DNA of 64,000 nucleotides from an uncultured virus (IMG/VR IMGVR_UViG_3300044627_003678). Its lineage: Duplodnaviria > Heunggongvirae > Uroviricota > Caudoviricetes. The stretch lies in IMG/VR virus record IMGVR_UViG_3300044627_003678; one strand, 5' to 3'. How positions within the stretch are numbered: position 1 is the stretch's first letter; each line of letters begins with the position of its first letter. Shown piece by piece: positions 27,642-37,744 of this stretch. Below the pieces are notes generated by a model. The model was given only the letters and a program-made list of their open reading frames with translations, was not told the DNA's origin and made no database searches. Both the position numbers and the translations under genes were made by a program.

Positions 27642-28655
27642 ATGAAGTCATTAAAAAAGATTGCCGTTGCTTCGGCTGCAGCCCTAGCATTACTAGGCAT
27701 TCAATCAATTAATGCATCAGCGGCACCGTTAGCAGTAACAGTTGCTGGTTCAGCAAATACTACAACATCTACAGCGCCTGCGACTGCGAACGTTCCAGCC
27801 GACAACACAGTAGATTCAGCAGATGCCATTGCTCTAGCAGCAACAGCAGATACTGGAACTGTAGTTACATTTACAGCAACAGGTGGCGTTAAGCTAGTCA
27901 CAGCTTTAAGCGCAACAAATGCAGTAGTTAGTTCTTCTGCAGGTTCAACGTCGTATTCAGTAACTTCTGCAGGATCTGCAGTAACTGTTTATGCATTCAC
28001 AACATCAACAGCAACAGGTTCAGTTACAATTGTAAATGGATCTTACTCTACAGTTGTTTTTGTTAAAGGAATTGCAGGTTCTGTATCAAACGTCGGAGTT
28101 TCAGTACCAACTTCAGTGGCAGTAGGAACCATTCCAGCAATTACAGTAAGCACAACAGACGTGTTTGGAAACGCAGTTTCTGATACCGTAACAGCAACAT
28201 TAATTGGTGGAACTTGGGCAGATGGCTCAATTTCTAAACAAATTGTAACATCTACTGCAGCTCAGGTTGCAGCGGATTCTACATTAATTTTAGGATCTAA
28301 AAAAGAGAATACTTCAGTTGCAACAATTGGTAATGTAACAATTGCAGTAACTGGTGCGACAACAGCAACAGCAGTCACTGGACTAAAAGTTCCAGTAAAA
28401 GCCGTAGTTGCGTCATACACAGTTACTGATTTGAATGGCACAATTGCACAACTTCAATCTCAAATTAGCTCATTGTCAGCAGATTTAAATTCAGCAAAAG
28501 CTGATGCTGCTTCAAAACAATTAGTTATTGATTCCGCAACAGCAGCAAAAATTATTGCTGATGCAGCAGTAATTAAGGAAAAGGCTGATTATAATAAATT
28601 AGCTACAGCCTGGAATAAGGCATTTCCTAAAAAGAAGGTTGCTTTAAAGAAGTAA
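27642..28655 (+). CDS. secreted Ala/Thr-rich surface (S-layer/Ig-like) protein
   Basis: MKSLKKIA signal peptide, beta-rich body, C-terminal coiled coil ending YNKLATAWNKAFPKKKV. Confidence 0.65.
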   Translation: MKSLKKIAVASAAALALLGIQSINASAAPLAVTVAGSANTTTSTAPATANVPADNTVDSADAIALAATADTGTVVTFTATGGVKLVTALSATNAVVSSSAGSTSYSVTSAGSAVTVYAFTTSTATGSVTIVNGSYSTVVFVKGIAGSVSNVGVSVPTSVAVGTIPAITVSTTDVFGNAVSDTVTATLIGGTWADGSISKQIVTSTAAQVAADSTLILGSKKENTSVATIGNVTIAVTGATTATAVTGLKVPVKAVVASYTVTDLNGTIAQLQSQISSLSADLNSAKADAASKQLVIDSATAAKIIADAAVIKEKADYNKLATAWNKAFPKKKVALKK

Positions 28656-28666
28656 GTTATAAAATT

Positions 28667-28696
28667 AAGGGCAAGGGAAACCTTGCCCTTTTTTTA
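28667..28696 (+). terminator. intrinsic terminator
   Basis: AAGGGCAAGG-GAAA-CCTTGCCCTT plus T tract. Confidence 0.9.
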
Positions 28697-28841
28697 TTTA
28701 AATGGTAGAATATATATGTGGAGTACATTGAAGATCAAATAAGAGAAAAAATATTAAACGAAATTAAATATTTAGAATTACCATATGAATGGAAACCTAA
28801 CGAAGTAATTAATTATGTATATAATAAATTAAGTAGAGGGA

Positions 28842-29063
28842 ATGATGGAATCAAATAAAAGAAGTTTATTAAAAACCCTTAGCTGGGAAATAGTTCATCT
28901 TGTAGGAGTAGCAGGAATTATTTCTACAATTACCTGGATTTTAACTGGACATATTGAATATGAGTACGCAACTTTTGGAGCTCTTGCCTATATTGCTTTT
29001 GAATCTGCTGGGTACTATATACATGAAAGAATTTGGGCTAAATTTGGAAAAAAGGTTAAGTGA
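28842..29063 (+). CDS. DUF2061-like membrane protein
   Basis: RSLLKTLSW...YYIHERIW. Confidence 0.75.
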   Translation: MMESNKRSLLKTLSWEIVHLVGVAGIISTITWILTGHIEYEYATFGALAYIAFESAGYYIHERIWAKFGKKVK

Positions 29064-29288
29064 CAAATATATCTAAAAAAGAATTAGATTCTCCATATGT
29101 AGAGAGTTTATGTGAAAATGGGGAATGTCAAAATAAGGCTACTAGAATAGTTAAGCATTTTAATGCATATTCTTGGGTCTGTGAGTCCTGCTACAGCCAA
29201 TACAAGATTTAATTTAAAAAATGCTATAATGGGTAGATAGATGGATTTCTAGACCCATCTAAATACAACAACCTATAGGAGAAATAAA

Positions 29289-29447
29289 ATGTCAGACGGA
29301 AAAGACTTAAAAGGATTTAACGAAACAAAGCCAGCGGGATCATCACCATGGCCAACAGAATCATACACAGAGGCACCAAAAGCTGCATTCCCATCAACTG
29401 ATAAGTCATCACAAGATGGCGCAGGCGTAAACAACGGCGGTAAGTAA
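29289..29447 (+). CDS. 52-aa disordered peptide (not in ORF track)
   Basis: AGGAG SD; MSDGKDLKGFNETKPAGSSPWPTESY...NNGGK. Confidence 0.7.
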   Translation: MSDGKDLKGFNETKPAGSSPWPTESYTEAPKAAFPSTDKSSQDGAGVNNGGK

Positions 29448-29449
29448 TA

Positions 29450-29599
29450 ATGTGTTTTGAATGCGGATGTGAATCAGTAGGAAGTTCAACTGGTATTATT
29501 CCAGTTACAATTACTGACGTTTCAAGAGATGGTGAAGCAGGTTTAAACTTTAGCATGACCTCAACACCAGAGCAGACAAGACAATTCATTAATGAGTGA
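29450..29599 (+). CDS. 49-aa peptide with MCxxCGC metal-binding start (not in ORF track)
   Basis: MCFECGCESVG...; coupled on both sides. Confidence 0.65.
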   Translation: MCFECGCESVGSSTGIIPVTITDVSRDGEAGLNFSMTSTPEQTRQFINE

Positions 29600-29810
29600 A
29601 AATGGCACAGGTATGGCGACACCGCCAAACAATGAACCAGCAGGCGCAGTAACTTCTCAAGAAGCTACTCGTAAAAATCCAAATCAAGGTAAATTTAGAT
29701 CTGGAATTGCAAGTAAAAAACCATTAACAAGAATTGATCGCAATAAACATGGAATCCGTAGAGAAGTAAATATGGGTCCTAAAAAAACAGGTAGACCAAA
29801 GAAGGTTTAA
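29592..29810 (+). CDS. basic disordered protein with GRPKK (AT-hook-like) tail
   Basis: KKTGRPKKV C-terminus. Confidence 0.6.
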   Translation: MSENGTGMATPPNNEPAGAVTSQEATRKNPNQGKFRSGIASKKPLTRIDRNKHGIRREVNMGPKKTGRPKKV

Positions 29811-29931
29811 AAATGTGTAAACAATCAATATGCAATTCTTCTGAGTTGCATATTGATATTTTAAGAACAATTGATGATCATATAGATAAATTTGAAGAAT
29901 CTTCGTTGCTTTAATTAGAGAAAGAATTTTT

Positions 29932-30576
29932 TTGAGTAGAAAACCTTATATAAGAGTTGCAGACATTTTATTTGAAAGATCCGTAAAAGACTCTGCAGAT
30001 TATGCTGAAAAAAATATGAAAGATGCTTTGCTGTTTTTTGACGAAAGCAAAGAGTCAATGTGGAAATATTGTTTAAAACAAATAAAGTTTAATGGAATTA
30101 TGGCAGAGTTTGGTGTATTTAATGGAAAATCAATAAACTATATAAGTTCTTTATTGCCACAATATAAATTTTATGGATTTGATTCATTTACTGGATTAAA
30201 AGAAGATTGGAAAGGTTGGGAATGGTCTAAGGGAGACCTTTCAACTGGAGGGATTCTGCCTAAAGTAAATTCAAATGTAGAATTAATTTCTGGATATTTT
30301 GATCAGTCGTTGCCAAAATGGTTGTTAGAAAATAATAAACCATTTTCATTTATAAATATTGATTGCGATACGTATGAATCTACATCTACTGTTTTAAATT
30401 TACTTGGAACAAGCAAAATAGTGTCGGGAACCGTAATAATCTTTGATGAATATTTTGGCTATAACAATTGGAAATCTCACGAATTTAAAGCGTGGCAAGA
30501 ATTTGTGTCTAAAAATAACCTTAAATACACTTATATTGCCATTAATCATCTACAAGTAGGTATATTAGTAAATTGA
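29932..30576 (+). CDS. TylF/MycF-like class I methyltransferase
   Basis: AEFGVFNGKS, YGFDSFTGL, NIDCDTYEST, IFDE. Confidence 0.85.
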   Translation: MSRKPYIRVADILFERSVKDSADYAEKNMKDALLFFDESKESMWKYCLKQIKFNGIMAEFGVFNGKSINYISSLLPQYKFYGFDSFTGLKEDWKGWEWSKGDLSTGGILPKVNSNVELISGYFDQSLPKWLLENNKPFSFINIDCDTYESTSTVLNLLGTSKIVSGTVIIFDEYFGYNNWKSHEFKAWQEFVSKNNLKYTYIAINHLQVGILVN

Positions 30577-30594
30577 TAAATTTTATGATAAAAT

Positions 30595-31329
30595 ATGAGT
30601 ATAATGTTCTATAACCGCCCAGACTGTATTAAAATTGCTGAGGGAATATATGTTTTTAAAAACTATATTCCAGAAGAAATGTGTAATAGGTTTTCTGCAA
30701 TATTAGATAAATTTGAAGAAGATAGATTTAAAGAAGACAAAAACTATATTCCTTGGTATGATGACAAAATGAGTCCATCCGTACCAGAAGCTTTAGATTT
30801 ATGGGAACATGTTTCAGAGTTGATTTATCCAGAATATGTTATAAATCCACAATCTCAATTTATATGTTCAAAACCAGGACAAGAAGGAATGTTTGTTCAT
30901 TGTGATAGTCCTGGCAAAGAACATGCTCATGAATTAACTCAAGAAGATAGCTACTCAACTTGTAGCATAATTGATTTTGGAGTTGTTGGATATATTTCAA
31001 ATTTTGAAGGAGGGGAAATATTCTACCCAGCCTTTTCAAAAAATGGAAACCTAAAATCAGAAAATAATTTAAATGACTCAGATGAATTAGTTTATAAACC
31101 TGGACTTGGGGATATAGTAATCCATAAGTCAGAAGCTCCGTACTATCATGGCACAAAACCAGTAACTTCTGGAATTAGGTATGCATTTTCTTGTTTTGCT
31201 ACAAATGTAGCACAAGCCCCAGGAACTTTTTATTCTTATAAAAGTTCAGAATATTTAGAAAAAATTAAAGATAGATCAAAAGAGTCTTTGGAAAATTGGT
31301 TAAATCCAATTCCAGTAAGTGGGATGTAA
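30595..31329 (+). CDS. 2OG-Fe(II) oxygenase
   Basis: HCD...FEGGEIFYP...PGLGDIVIH...HGTKPVTSGIRY. Confidence 0.85.
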   Translation: MSIMFYNRPDCIKIAEGIYVFKNYIPEEMCNRFSAILDKFEEDRFKEDKNYIPWYDDKMSPSVPEALDLWEHVSELIYPEYVINPQSQFICSKPGQEGMFVHCDSPGKEHAHELTQEDSYSTCSIIDFGVVGYISNFEGGEIFYPAFSKNGNLKSENNLNDSDELVYKPGLGDIVIHKSEAPYYHGTKPVTSGIRYAFSCFATNVAQAPGTFYSYKSSEYLEKIKDRSKESLENWLNPIPVSGM

Positions 31330-31330
31330 A

Positions 31331-32152
31331 ATGTTTATAGATAATCAAAATGTAAAGCAAGTTGCAGAAGAAATATGGATATACAAAAATTTTATTTCTG
31401 AGGAAGAAAATAATAAAATTACTTCTTTAATGAAAGATTATGAAAATCAATTTAAAGATAAAAAAGAAGCTTTTATTTATGAAAATCAACATATTGATTG
31501 GTATAAAGATAAAACTGGACCTTTACTTATTGATTTAAAACCAATATGGGACAACATATCGTTTTTATTATATCCAGAACACTACATACATCCGCAACTT
31601 TTTGTTAATGTTATGAGACCTGGTGATGAAGGAATGTTCATACATGCAGATAGTCCAGGAATGAATATGGAGCATAAACTTACGCAACTAGACAGATGGA
31701 GCACTTGTTGTAGATTAAGTCATGGCATAGTTACATATTTTGGAGACTATGAAGGTGGAAATATATATTATCCAAATATTGAAAAAGATGGGTCTATTAA
31801 GCAAAGACCTCAAGACGATCAGGATTGTTTAGAAGTTGAAGTAAATCCAAGAGATTTAGTAATTCATGGAGCATGTCATCCTTGGGAACATGGTGTTAGA
31901 AAAATTACAAACGGTACCAGGTACGCATATTCAAATTTTGCTATGGAAAAAGATCATGCCCCAGGAACCTTTGAGCTATTTAATCCAGAAAAACATCCAT
32001 TAATGAAAAAAGAAGAAGAAATTATTGAGTGGGTAAATAATGTGCACCCAGAAACAACCTTTTGTAAAAAGAAATGCATTTGTGGTCAATCAAAAGATTT
32101 CCCATATTGTGATAATACCCATAAAATAATTAATAAAAAATTAATTGACTAA
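31331..32152 (+). CDS. 2OG-Fe(II) oxygenase fused to C-terminal CDGSH-type iron-sulfur motif
   Basis: HAD...YEGG...HGVRKITNGTRY; CICGQSKDFPYCDNTH. Confidence 0.85.
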   Translation: MFIDNQNVKQVAEEIWIYKNFISEEENNKITSLMKDYENQFKDKKEAFIYENQHIDWYKDKTGPLLIDLKPIWDNISFLLYPEHYIHPQLFVNVMRPGDEGMFIHADSPGMNMEHKLTQLDRWSTCCRLSHGIVTYFGDYEGGNIYYPNIEKDGSIKQRPQDDQDCLEVEVNPRDLVIHGACHPWEHGVRKITNGTRYAYSNFAMEKDHAPGTFELFNPEKHPLMKKEEEIIEWVNNVHPETTFCKKKCICGQSKDFPYCDNTHKIINKKLID

Positions 32153-32179
32153 TTCATTATAATATTATAAAATAAAGTA

Positions 32180-32491
32180 ATGTTAAATATAATAAAATGT
32201 AAATTATTTGGACATGCTTTGTTTAGGTATACATCTTGTCCATTTACCATGACAAATTATTTTATTTGTGATTTATGCGGACATATTAAAAATATAAATC
32301 AAAGAAAACTTTTAAATGGAGAAATAGTAGAATCATACGAAAAAGCTATAGATTTAACAATCCATACAAAATCTCCAGCAAAATGGAAATTAGTTGACAT
32401 GGAAACTGGTCAGGAATATGTAGGTTCTGCTAAGCCAAACAAATATGGCAAATGGATTAGAATTAAAGATAGAGAAATATCTATTGACTAA
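32180..32491 (+). CDS. hypothetical protein (CKLFGH zinc motif plus second domain)
   Basis: CKLFGH..CPF..CDLC; TTGACT promoter, leaderless start. Confidence 0.6.
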   Translation: MLNIIKCKLFGHALFRYTSCPFTMTNYFICDLCGHIKNINQRKLLNGEIVESYEKAIDLTIHTKSPAKWKLVDMETGQEYVGSAKPNKYGKWIRIKDREISID

Positions 32492-32541
32492 ATCAATATA
32501 AATATTGTATAATAAACACCTACTAGTAGAATAGGGAATTA

Positions 32542-33078
32542 ATGAAAACCGTAGGCGATAAATTAAGTAATTTTAATGTAATGGGAGTAAAACCTGGAGC
32601 CCTTGCTCCCGATGATTCTTCATTTGAAGTAATTAATCAAGACTCATTTCCTGGAAAATGGAAAATTATTGCATTTTACCCAAAAGATTTTACATTTGTT
32701 TGTCCAACAGAAATTGTTGCGTATGATAAATTAGTTAATGATTTTAATGATAGAGATACAGTTTTAATGACTGGATCCACAGACAATGAATTTTGTAAAC
32801 TTGCATGGCGTAATGCACATGATGATCTTAAAAAAACTAATTCTTGGTCTTTTGCTGATACTAATCGTGAATTATCTGGTGATCTTGGAATTATTACTCC
32901 ACAGGGTGTTGCTCTTCGTGCCACATTTATTGTAGACCCAGAAAATACAATACAACACGTTACAGTAAATAATCTTGATGTAGGACGAAATCCAGAAGAG
33001 GCTTTGCGTGTTTTAGATGCTCTTCAAACAGGAGAACTTTGTGCATGTAATCGTCCACTAGGTGGAGAAACACTATAA
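32542..33078 (+). CDS. ahpC: peroxiredoxin AhpC
   Basis: FYPKDFTFVCPTE, RATFIVDP, GRN, GELCAC. Confidence 0.95.
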   Translation: MKTVGDKLSNFNVMGVKPGALAPDDSSFEVINQDSFPGKWKIIAFYPKDFTFVCPTEIVAYDKLVNDFNDRDTVLMTGSTDNEFCKLAWRNAHDDLKKTNSWSFADTNRELSGDLGIITPQGVALRATFIVDPENTIQHVTVNNLDVGRNPEEALRVLDALQTGELCACNRPLGGETL

Positions 33079-33590
33079 TGTCTTGGGTTGATAGCTTAAA
33101 AGATACGATTCCAGATTATGCCAAAGACACCAAATTAAATTTAGATGCAGTAATTAATAGATCAACTATTGATGTAGAACAGGCATCTTATTTAGCTTTG
33201 GCAGCAGCATTCGCTACTGGCAATAGTAAACTTGTAGTTTATATTTCATCTAATTTAACTGATGAGATTGAAAAAAATGCAGCCTTAACTGCTGCTTCAA
33301 TTATGGCTCAAAATAATATTTGGTATCCATATCTTGAAATGGCAGATGATCAAAGTCTTAAAGGATTGCCAGCACAACTTAGAATGAATGCAATAGCATC
33401 ACATGGTGGAACAACTAAGGGTAAGTTTGAGGCCTACTCTTTAGTGGCGTCTATTATAGGTAAATGTCATTTTTGTGTAAAGGCTCATTATGAGACATTA
33501 AAGCAAGAAGGATACACAGTAGAACAACTAAGAGATATTGGAAGAATTGCAGCAGTAATAAATTCAGTGTCTAAAGTATTGTCGGCATAA
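33078..33590 (+). CDS. ahpD: alkyl hydroperoxidase AhpD
   Basis: IPDYAKD.KLNL, MAQNN.WY, LRMN, GKCHFCVKAH. Confidence 0.93.
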   Translation: MSWVDSLKDTIPDYAKDTKLNLDAVINRSTIDVEQASYLALAAAFATGNSKLVVYISSNLTDEIEKNAALTAASIMAQNNIWYPYLEMADDQSLKGLPAQLRMNAIASHGGTTKGKFEAYSLVASIIGKCHFCVKAHYETLKQEGYTVEQLRDIGRIAAVINSVSKVLSA

Positions 33591-33614
33591 AGTAAAAATT
33601 AAATAAAAATTATT

Positions 33615-34499
33615 ATGAATAATGACTATATAGATAATGCATACTTACCATTTATAAGTAATGAATTAGATAGTCATGTTTTTGATGTCTCTGATGATAC
33701 TTACAATCAAAGCGGTGTTGAATATAAAATTAATAATTTTGGATATAGGGGAGAAAATTTTACAAAAAATGTAGATTTATTATCTTTGGGTTGTTCCCAA
33801 ACCTTTGGATTTGGAATTCCTCACGAATATACTTGGACACAATTATTAAAATCTGATAAAATAAAAACAATAAACTCTATAGCTTCCCCAGGAGATAGTG
33901 CTCAGGGACAAGTTATAAAATTTTTCCAATATGTAAAACAATTTGGAAATCCTAAAAATGTAGTTGGAGTCTTTCCATGTTATAGAGTAGAATTTCCTTT
34001 AGATAAAGGTAAATGGGAAATTTCTAACGAAGAAAAAAAATTTAGTGTAGTGCATAATAATAAAGCATCCATTACATTAAAAAACTATGGAGATCAAGGA
34101 TTTCAAAAATACTATAAAGCCCCATACGATCCAAATCATTTATTGACTGAACAAGTTACTAGATACTATACTCATACTTTTATAAATATTTTAGAAATTT
34201 ATTGTAAAAATTTAAATATTAATTTTAAATATACTATTTATGAACATAATTATAATGGAAAGAATAATCCTTTAAAAGAATATATGTTAAATTATAGTAA
34301 TAATTATTTTGAAGTTGATTATCCTATTCCTCGTTTATATATGCAGGAAGAAGAATTAAATTTTAAATGTCATTCTGAATATAGTGATAATAAATATTTT
34401 TATAGAGCAAATGATTATATACCCAATAAAAAATCTGGGCATTGGGGATTACATAAAAATTTACACATTTCAGAAACTGTTAGCAAATTATTAGTTTAA
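33615..34499 (+). CDS. SGNH-like protein, paralog of 11047
   Basis: NNFGYRG.NF...LSLGCSQTFG...HWG. Confidence 0.55.
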   Translation: MNNDYIDNAYLPFISNELDSHVFDVSDDTYNQSGVEYKINNFGYRGENFTKNVDLLSLGCSQTFGFGIPHEYTWTQLLKSDKIKTINSIASPGDSAQGQVIKFFQYVKQFGNPKNVVGVFPCYRVEFPLDKGKWEISNEEKKFSVVHNNKASITLKNYGDQGFQKYYKAPYDPNHLLTEQVTRYYTHTFINILEIYCKNLNINFKYTIYEHNYNGKNNPLKEYMLNYSNNYFEVDYPIPRLYMQEEELNFKCHSEYSDNKYFYRANDYIPNKKSGHWGLHKNLHISETVSKLLV

Positions 34500-34565
34500 A
34501 TATAGTTGACTAAAATTTATATATAATATATAATATATAAACAATAATTAATAAAAAGGAAAACG

Positions 34566-34769
34566 ATGTATTCAATACCAGAACTTAGAAATGAAACTCT
34601 TAACCTAATAGATGATTTTATATTAGATCATATAGATGATTTTACAAATGAGGAGCTATACTGGATTATAAATGAATTAGAGTCCCTGTCTAATACATTT
34701 TATAAAAAATTTAAGCCACTAATCGATGAGGATATAGAGGCCTTAATTGAAGATATTGAGGAAGAATGA
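34566..34769 (+). CDS. acidic hypothetical protein
   Basis: TTGACT/TATAAT promoter, AAAGGA SD. Confidence 0.6.
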   Translation: MYSIPELRNETLNLIDDFILDHIDDFTNEELYWIINELESLSNTFYKKFKPLIDEDIEALIEDIEEE

Positions 34770-35014
34770 TTAAATACTTAAAATTTAAAATTGCAATTAA
34801 TAAAATGATTAAAGAAAATAGTGAATTAATGAAAATGCTTTCACAATCTGAAAAAGAAATTGCTACAAATCTTACTTGGGATGAGGATCAGGTTTGGAAG
34901 GGCTGGAGCTATAATCCAGATAAAAATAGATATTACTTTGATGATGTAGGTAATGAGTCTATTATGGGATTATGGGAAGACCAGTGGCTCAAAGAGGCTA
35001 ATGAAGGAATTTAA
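34766..35014 (+). CDS. hypothetical protein
   Basis: coupled ORF. Confidence 0.6.
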   Translation: MIKYLKFKIAINKMIKENSELMKMLSQSEKEIATNLTWDEDQVWKGWSYNPDKNRYYFDDVGNESIMGLWEDQWLKEANEGI

Positions 35015-35150
35015 AGCTTATTGTAGATATTGTGAACAGGTAGTTGAAGGAAAAACTACTGCAGTAACCGTACTAGAATCTGGCAATTATCTATATATTG
35101 GTGAATGTAATGTTTGTCTATATGAGATAAGAAGAATCTCTAGGCAATGA
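35001..35150 (+). CDS. small zinc-ribbon protein
   Basis: MKEFKAYCRYC...GECNVC. Confidence 0.6.
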   Translation: MKEFKAYCRYCEQVVEGKTTAVTVLESGNYLYIGECNVCLYEIRRISRQ

Positions 35151-35298
35151 ACAAATTAACCTGCCATGGGTGCCAGAAGTCTGCTAAGTTATTTTTACAT
35201 GTTATGGATGATAGTTTTATATACGCCCTATGTAGAAAATGTGTAATAGTTCAATTAGACATAGAACATTATATGAGAAAGAATAATGAATTGTAGGT

Positions 35299-35757
35299 AT
35301 GTCTAAAAGACATAGAAATAGACCAGAGTGCGGTACAAGATCTGGATACGATTGGCATAGAAGAGATGCTAAAGAACTTGCTTGCTTAGAGTGTCGCAAT
35401 GCTGAGGCATTGTATTGGCGGGAACAAAGGATAATCAGGGGCGATGTAATAAGACAAAATAACCAAAGAAGACGTTCCAGATACTTTAGAGCTATAGGCA
35501 AGAATACCAAGATATCTGTATTTACAGAAAAAGAAATATTAGATTTATATGGGACTAATTGCCACATATGCCACAGACCAATAGATTTAAATGCCCCCAG
35601 AGGGGTAGGTAAGCCTGGATGGGAAAATGGACTACATTTAGACCATGTAATACCATTATCTAAAGGTGGAGATAATACTATTGAAAATGTAAAACCATCT
35701 CATGGATATTGTAATATAACTAAGAATGCTACAATTATCAGTAAACATAATACATAG
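35299..35757 (+). CDS. HNH endonuclease
   Basis: CHIC...HLDHVIPLSKGG.NT.EN..PSH..CN..K; N-terminal CGT..GY..H zinc motif. Confidence 0.9.
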   Translation: MSKRHRNRPECGTRSGYDWHRRDAKELACLECRNAEALYWREQRIIRGDVIRQNNQRRRSRYFRAIGKNTKISVFTEKEILDLYGTNCHICHRPIDLNAPRGVGKPGWENGLHLDHVIPLSKGGDNTIENVKPSHGYCNITKNATIISKHNT

Positions 35758-37056
35758 TATATTGATCTAAATTAGTACAAAAAAAGTGCGGCGAAAAGTA
35801 GAACCCCCAAGCCAGTACCTGGCCTGACAATATAGTATAATGGATATATGACCTGTAAATGTAATGATGAGCAAAAAACAGGATACGGGTATGATGAACT
35901 AAAAGACTTTGATATGGGATATAGAGATCCTAGACAAAGCAGAATAACCCCATTTAGGGGACCAATTAGATAAGGATGAGCATGGGATTTTTAGACAATT
36001 TAGAGACGTGGCTGGACTTTGAAGAAGAGGTAGATCTGGAGTCAGAATCTTCATGATTAAATTTAGAAGCCCTATATACTGGGAGTATAAGTTCAATGCA
36101 ACACTGAGTATATTATGCCAAAATTGTGGTGTAAGATTTAATACAACATTTAAGAAGTATGAGAGAAATAAAAGCTGTCCTAGATGCATGTATAAAGCAG
36201 TTGACTAGAATTATATGTGTATAGTATAATAACTATATGAACTCATTGCTTTGGTTTTTCTTTGGATTAGGTTTGGGATTGGCATTAGACTTTATTTTAG
36301 TATTACATATGCTTAAACCTTTAAAAAATCGTATTGATAAACTTGAGGCGGGAAGCAATGACTGATGATTGTTACACAGGTAACCTATGTTGGGAACCAT
36401 ATAATCATTTAACTAGATCTATACTTATTCTATCAATCGTCATAGGCATATTCATCGTATTTAAGATATATAGACGATATAGGAAGTAATACAGAGCCTT
36501 GGTGCCATAGGCACATATAGCTTTATTTTGATCCATATCCTAGCTTCCCCCCTCTCATATACATCTCTTAAAACACCCTTTAAAGCCTTTTTAGAGCTAT
36601 ATCTACATCATATCAGTCAAAGTAAATACTATTAATTATAACGTAAATGTTATCGATATATACTAAGATATATATACATGTATTTGAGCGATCCCCACTA
36701 CTCCCCATAATCCTCCACATGTAGGGCACATGGCATATATTACCCATATTGTCAAGAGCTTTGGCCTATATGTTATATATATGTTATATAAATGTGTTCC
36801 AGGATATATAAACATGTCTCGTAAAGCCATATATTTGCCCACAAATTCTGCCATATTTTATATACATTTTGTTATATTCTATATATGTTTAATAAAATAA
36901 TTATACATTTATATTAAATTATCCTAGATTTTCAGGGATTTTTTATAGCTCTTCGTAAAGCGAACATTCTGCCCTTACGGATATATAACAAATGGGACAT
37001 ATATATCCAAGATGTACATATAGTACAAATCGGACATACTGTCCCAATATGTTTTG

Positions 37057-37248
37057 TTATTTAGTTATACGTGTTACGGTTACTGGACCACATAGGGTAT
37101 TGTATCTATCTGTCTCCGCCGTCTTTCTTGCCTTCTCTATCTTCTTCCATTTACGGAAAGCAGTTAGGGCATGATTCTTATCTCTACCCCGCTTTGTGTC
37201 CTCCCATTTCTTCGGCTTACGTTGAGAGGACCCCGTAGCTTTGCTCAT
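37057..37248 (-). CDS. small basic protein
   Basis: ORF coupled to the upstream gene. Confidence 0.55.
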   Translation of the reverse strand: MSKATGSSQRKPKKWEDTKRGRDKNHALTAFRKWKKIEKARKTAETDRYNTLCGPVTVTRITK

Positions 37249-37514
37249 GCGGTAGGCTCATGCAATTCTATAACCTCAGCAAGGTGGCTCGATAACATCA
37301 GAGCCTCAGAGGTAATACCCTCAGCCCAATAAGGTTCGAAGTTGCCAGCCTGATATCTAATAATTTCCTTCATCAACTCCATAAGTCTATCTTGGGTATA
37401 TAGAGGAAAGTTATTTACAATTATGTTAGCGCATATCATTGGATTAAACCAATGGTTGTCTAACACTTTTGCTAATTGTTCTGCGATTTTTTCTTCATCT
37501 GTTTTTTTAGCCAT
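37245..37514 (-). CDS. hypothetical protein
   Basis: TTGACC-N17-TATAAT promoter, AAAGGCGG RBS. Confidence 0.7.
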   Translation of the reverse strand: MAKKTDEEKIAEQLAKVLDNHWFNPMICANIIVNNFPLYTQDRLMELMKEIIRYQAGNFEPYWAEGITSEALMLSSHLAEVIELHEPTA

Positions 37515-37600
37515 GTCCGCCTTTCATAAAGATTATACCAAAAAGGTTGGAGAAGGTCAACGATTTCGGGGGCTCGTCAACCCTCTCCAATATTTATTGT

Positions 37601-37744
37601 TTACTTAGTTAGTTTAACTTCTGCAGTAAACTTTACGCCGTTCTTCTCTGCCTCTGACAGAGCTTGCTTAGCAGCACCTGAGAAGCGACCACGCTTGCCC
37701 ACTGTAATGCCCTTGGTCTTTAGATATTCACGCTTTGTTGTCAT
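37601..37744 (-). CDS. Lsr2 DNA-binding-domain-like protein (47 aa, not in ORF track)
   Basis: REYLKTKGITVGKRGRFS resembles the Lsr2 C-terminal RE.AR..G..V..RGR AT-hook. Confidence 0.6.
   Translation of the reverse strand: MTTKREYLKTKGITVGKRGRFSGAAKQALSEAEKNGVKFTAEVKLTK

Noticed and set aside
36663..37174. Short ORFs in the TA-rich boundary region (36663-36854, 36992-37174)
   Set aside because: Low-complexity composition, no RBS, overlap with repeats or opposite-strand genes
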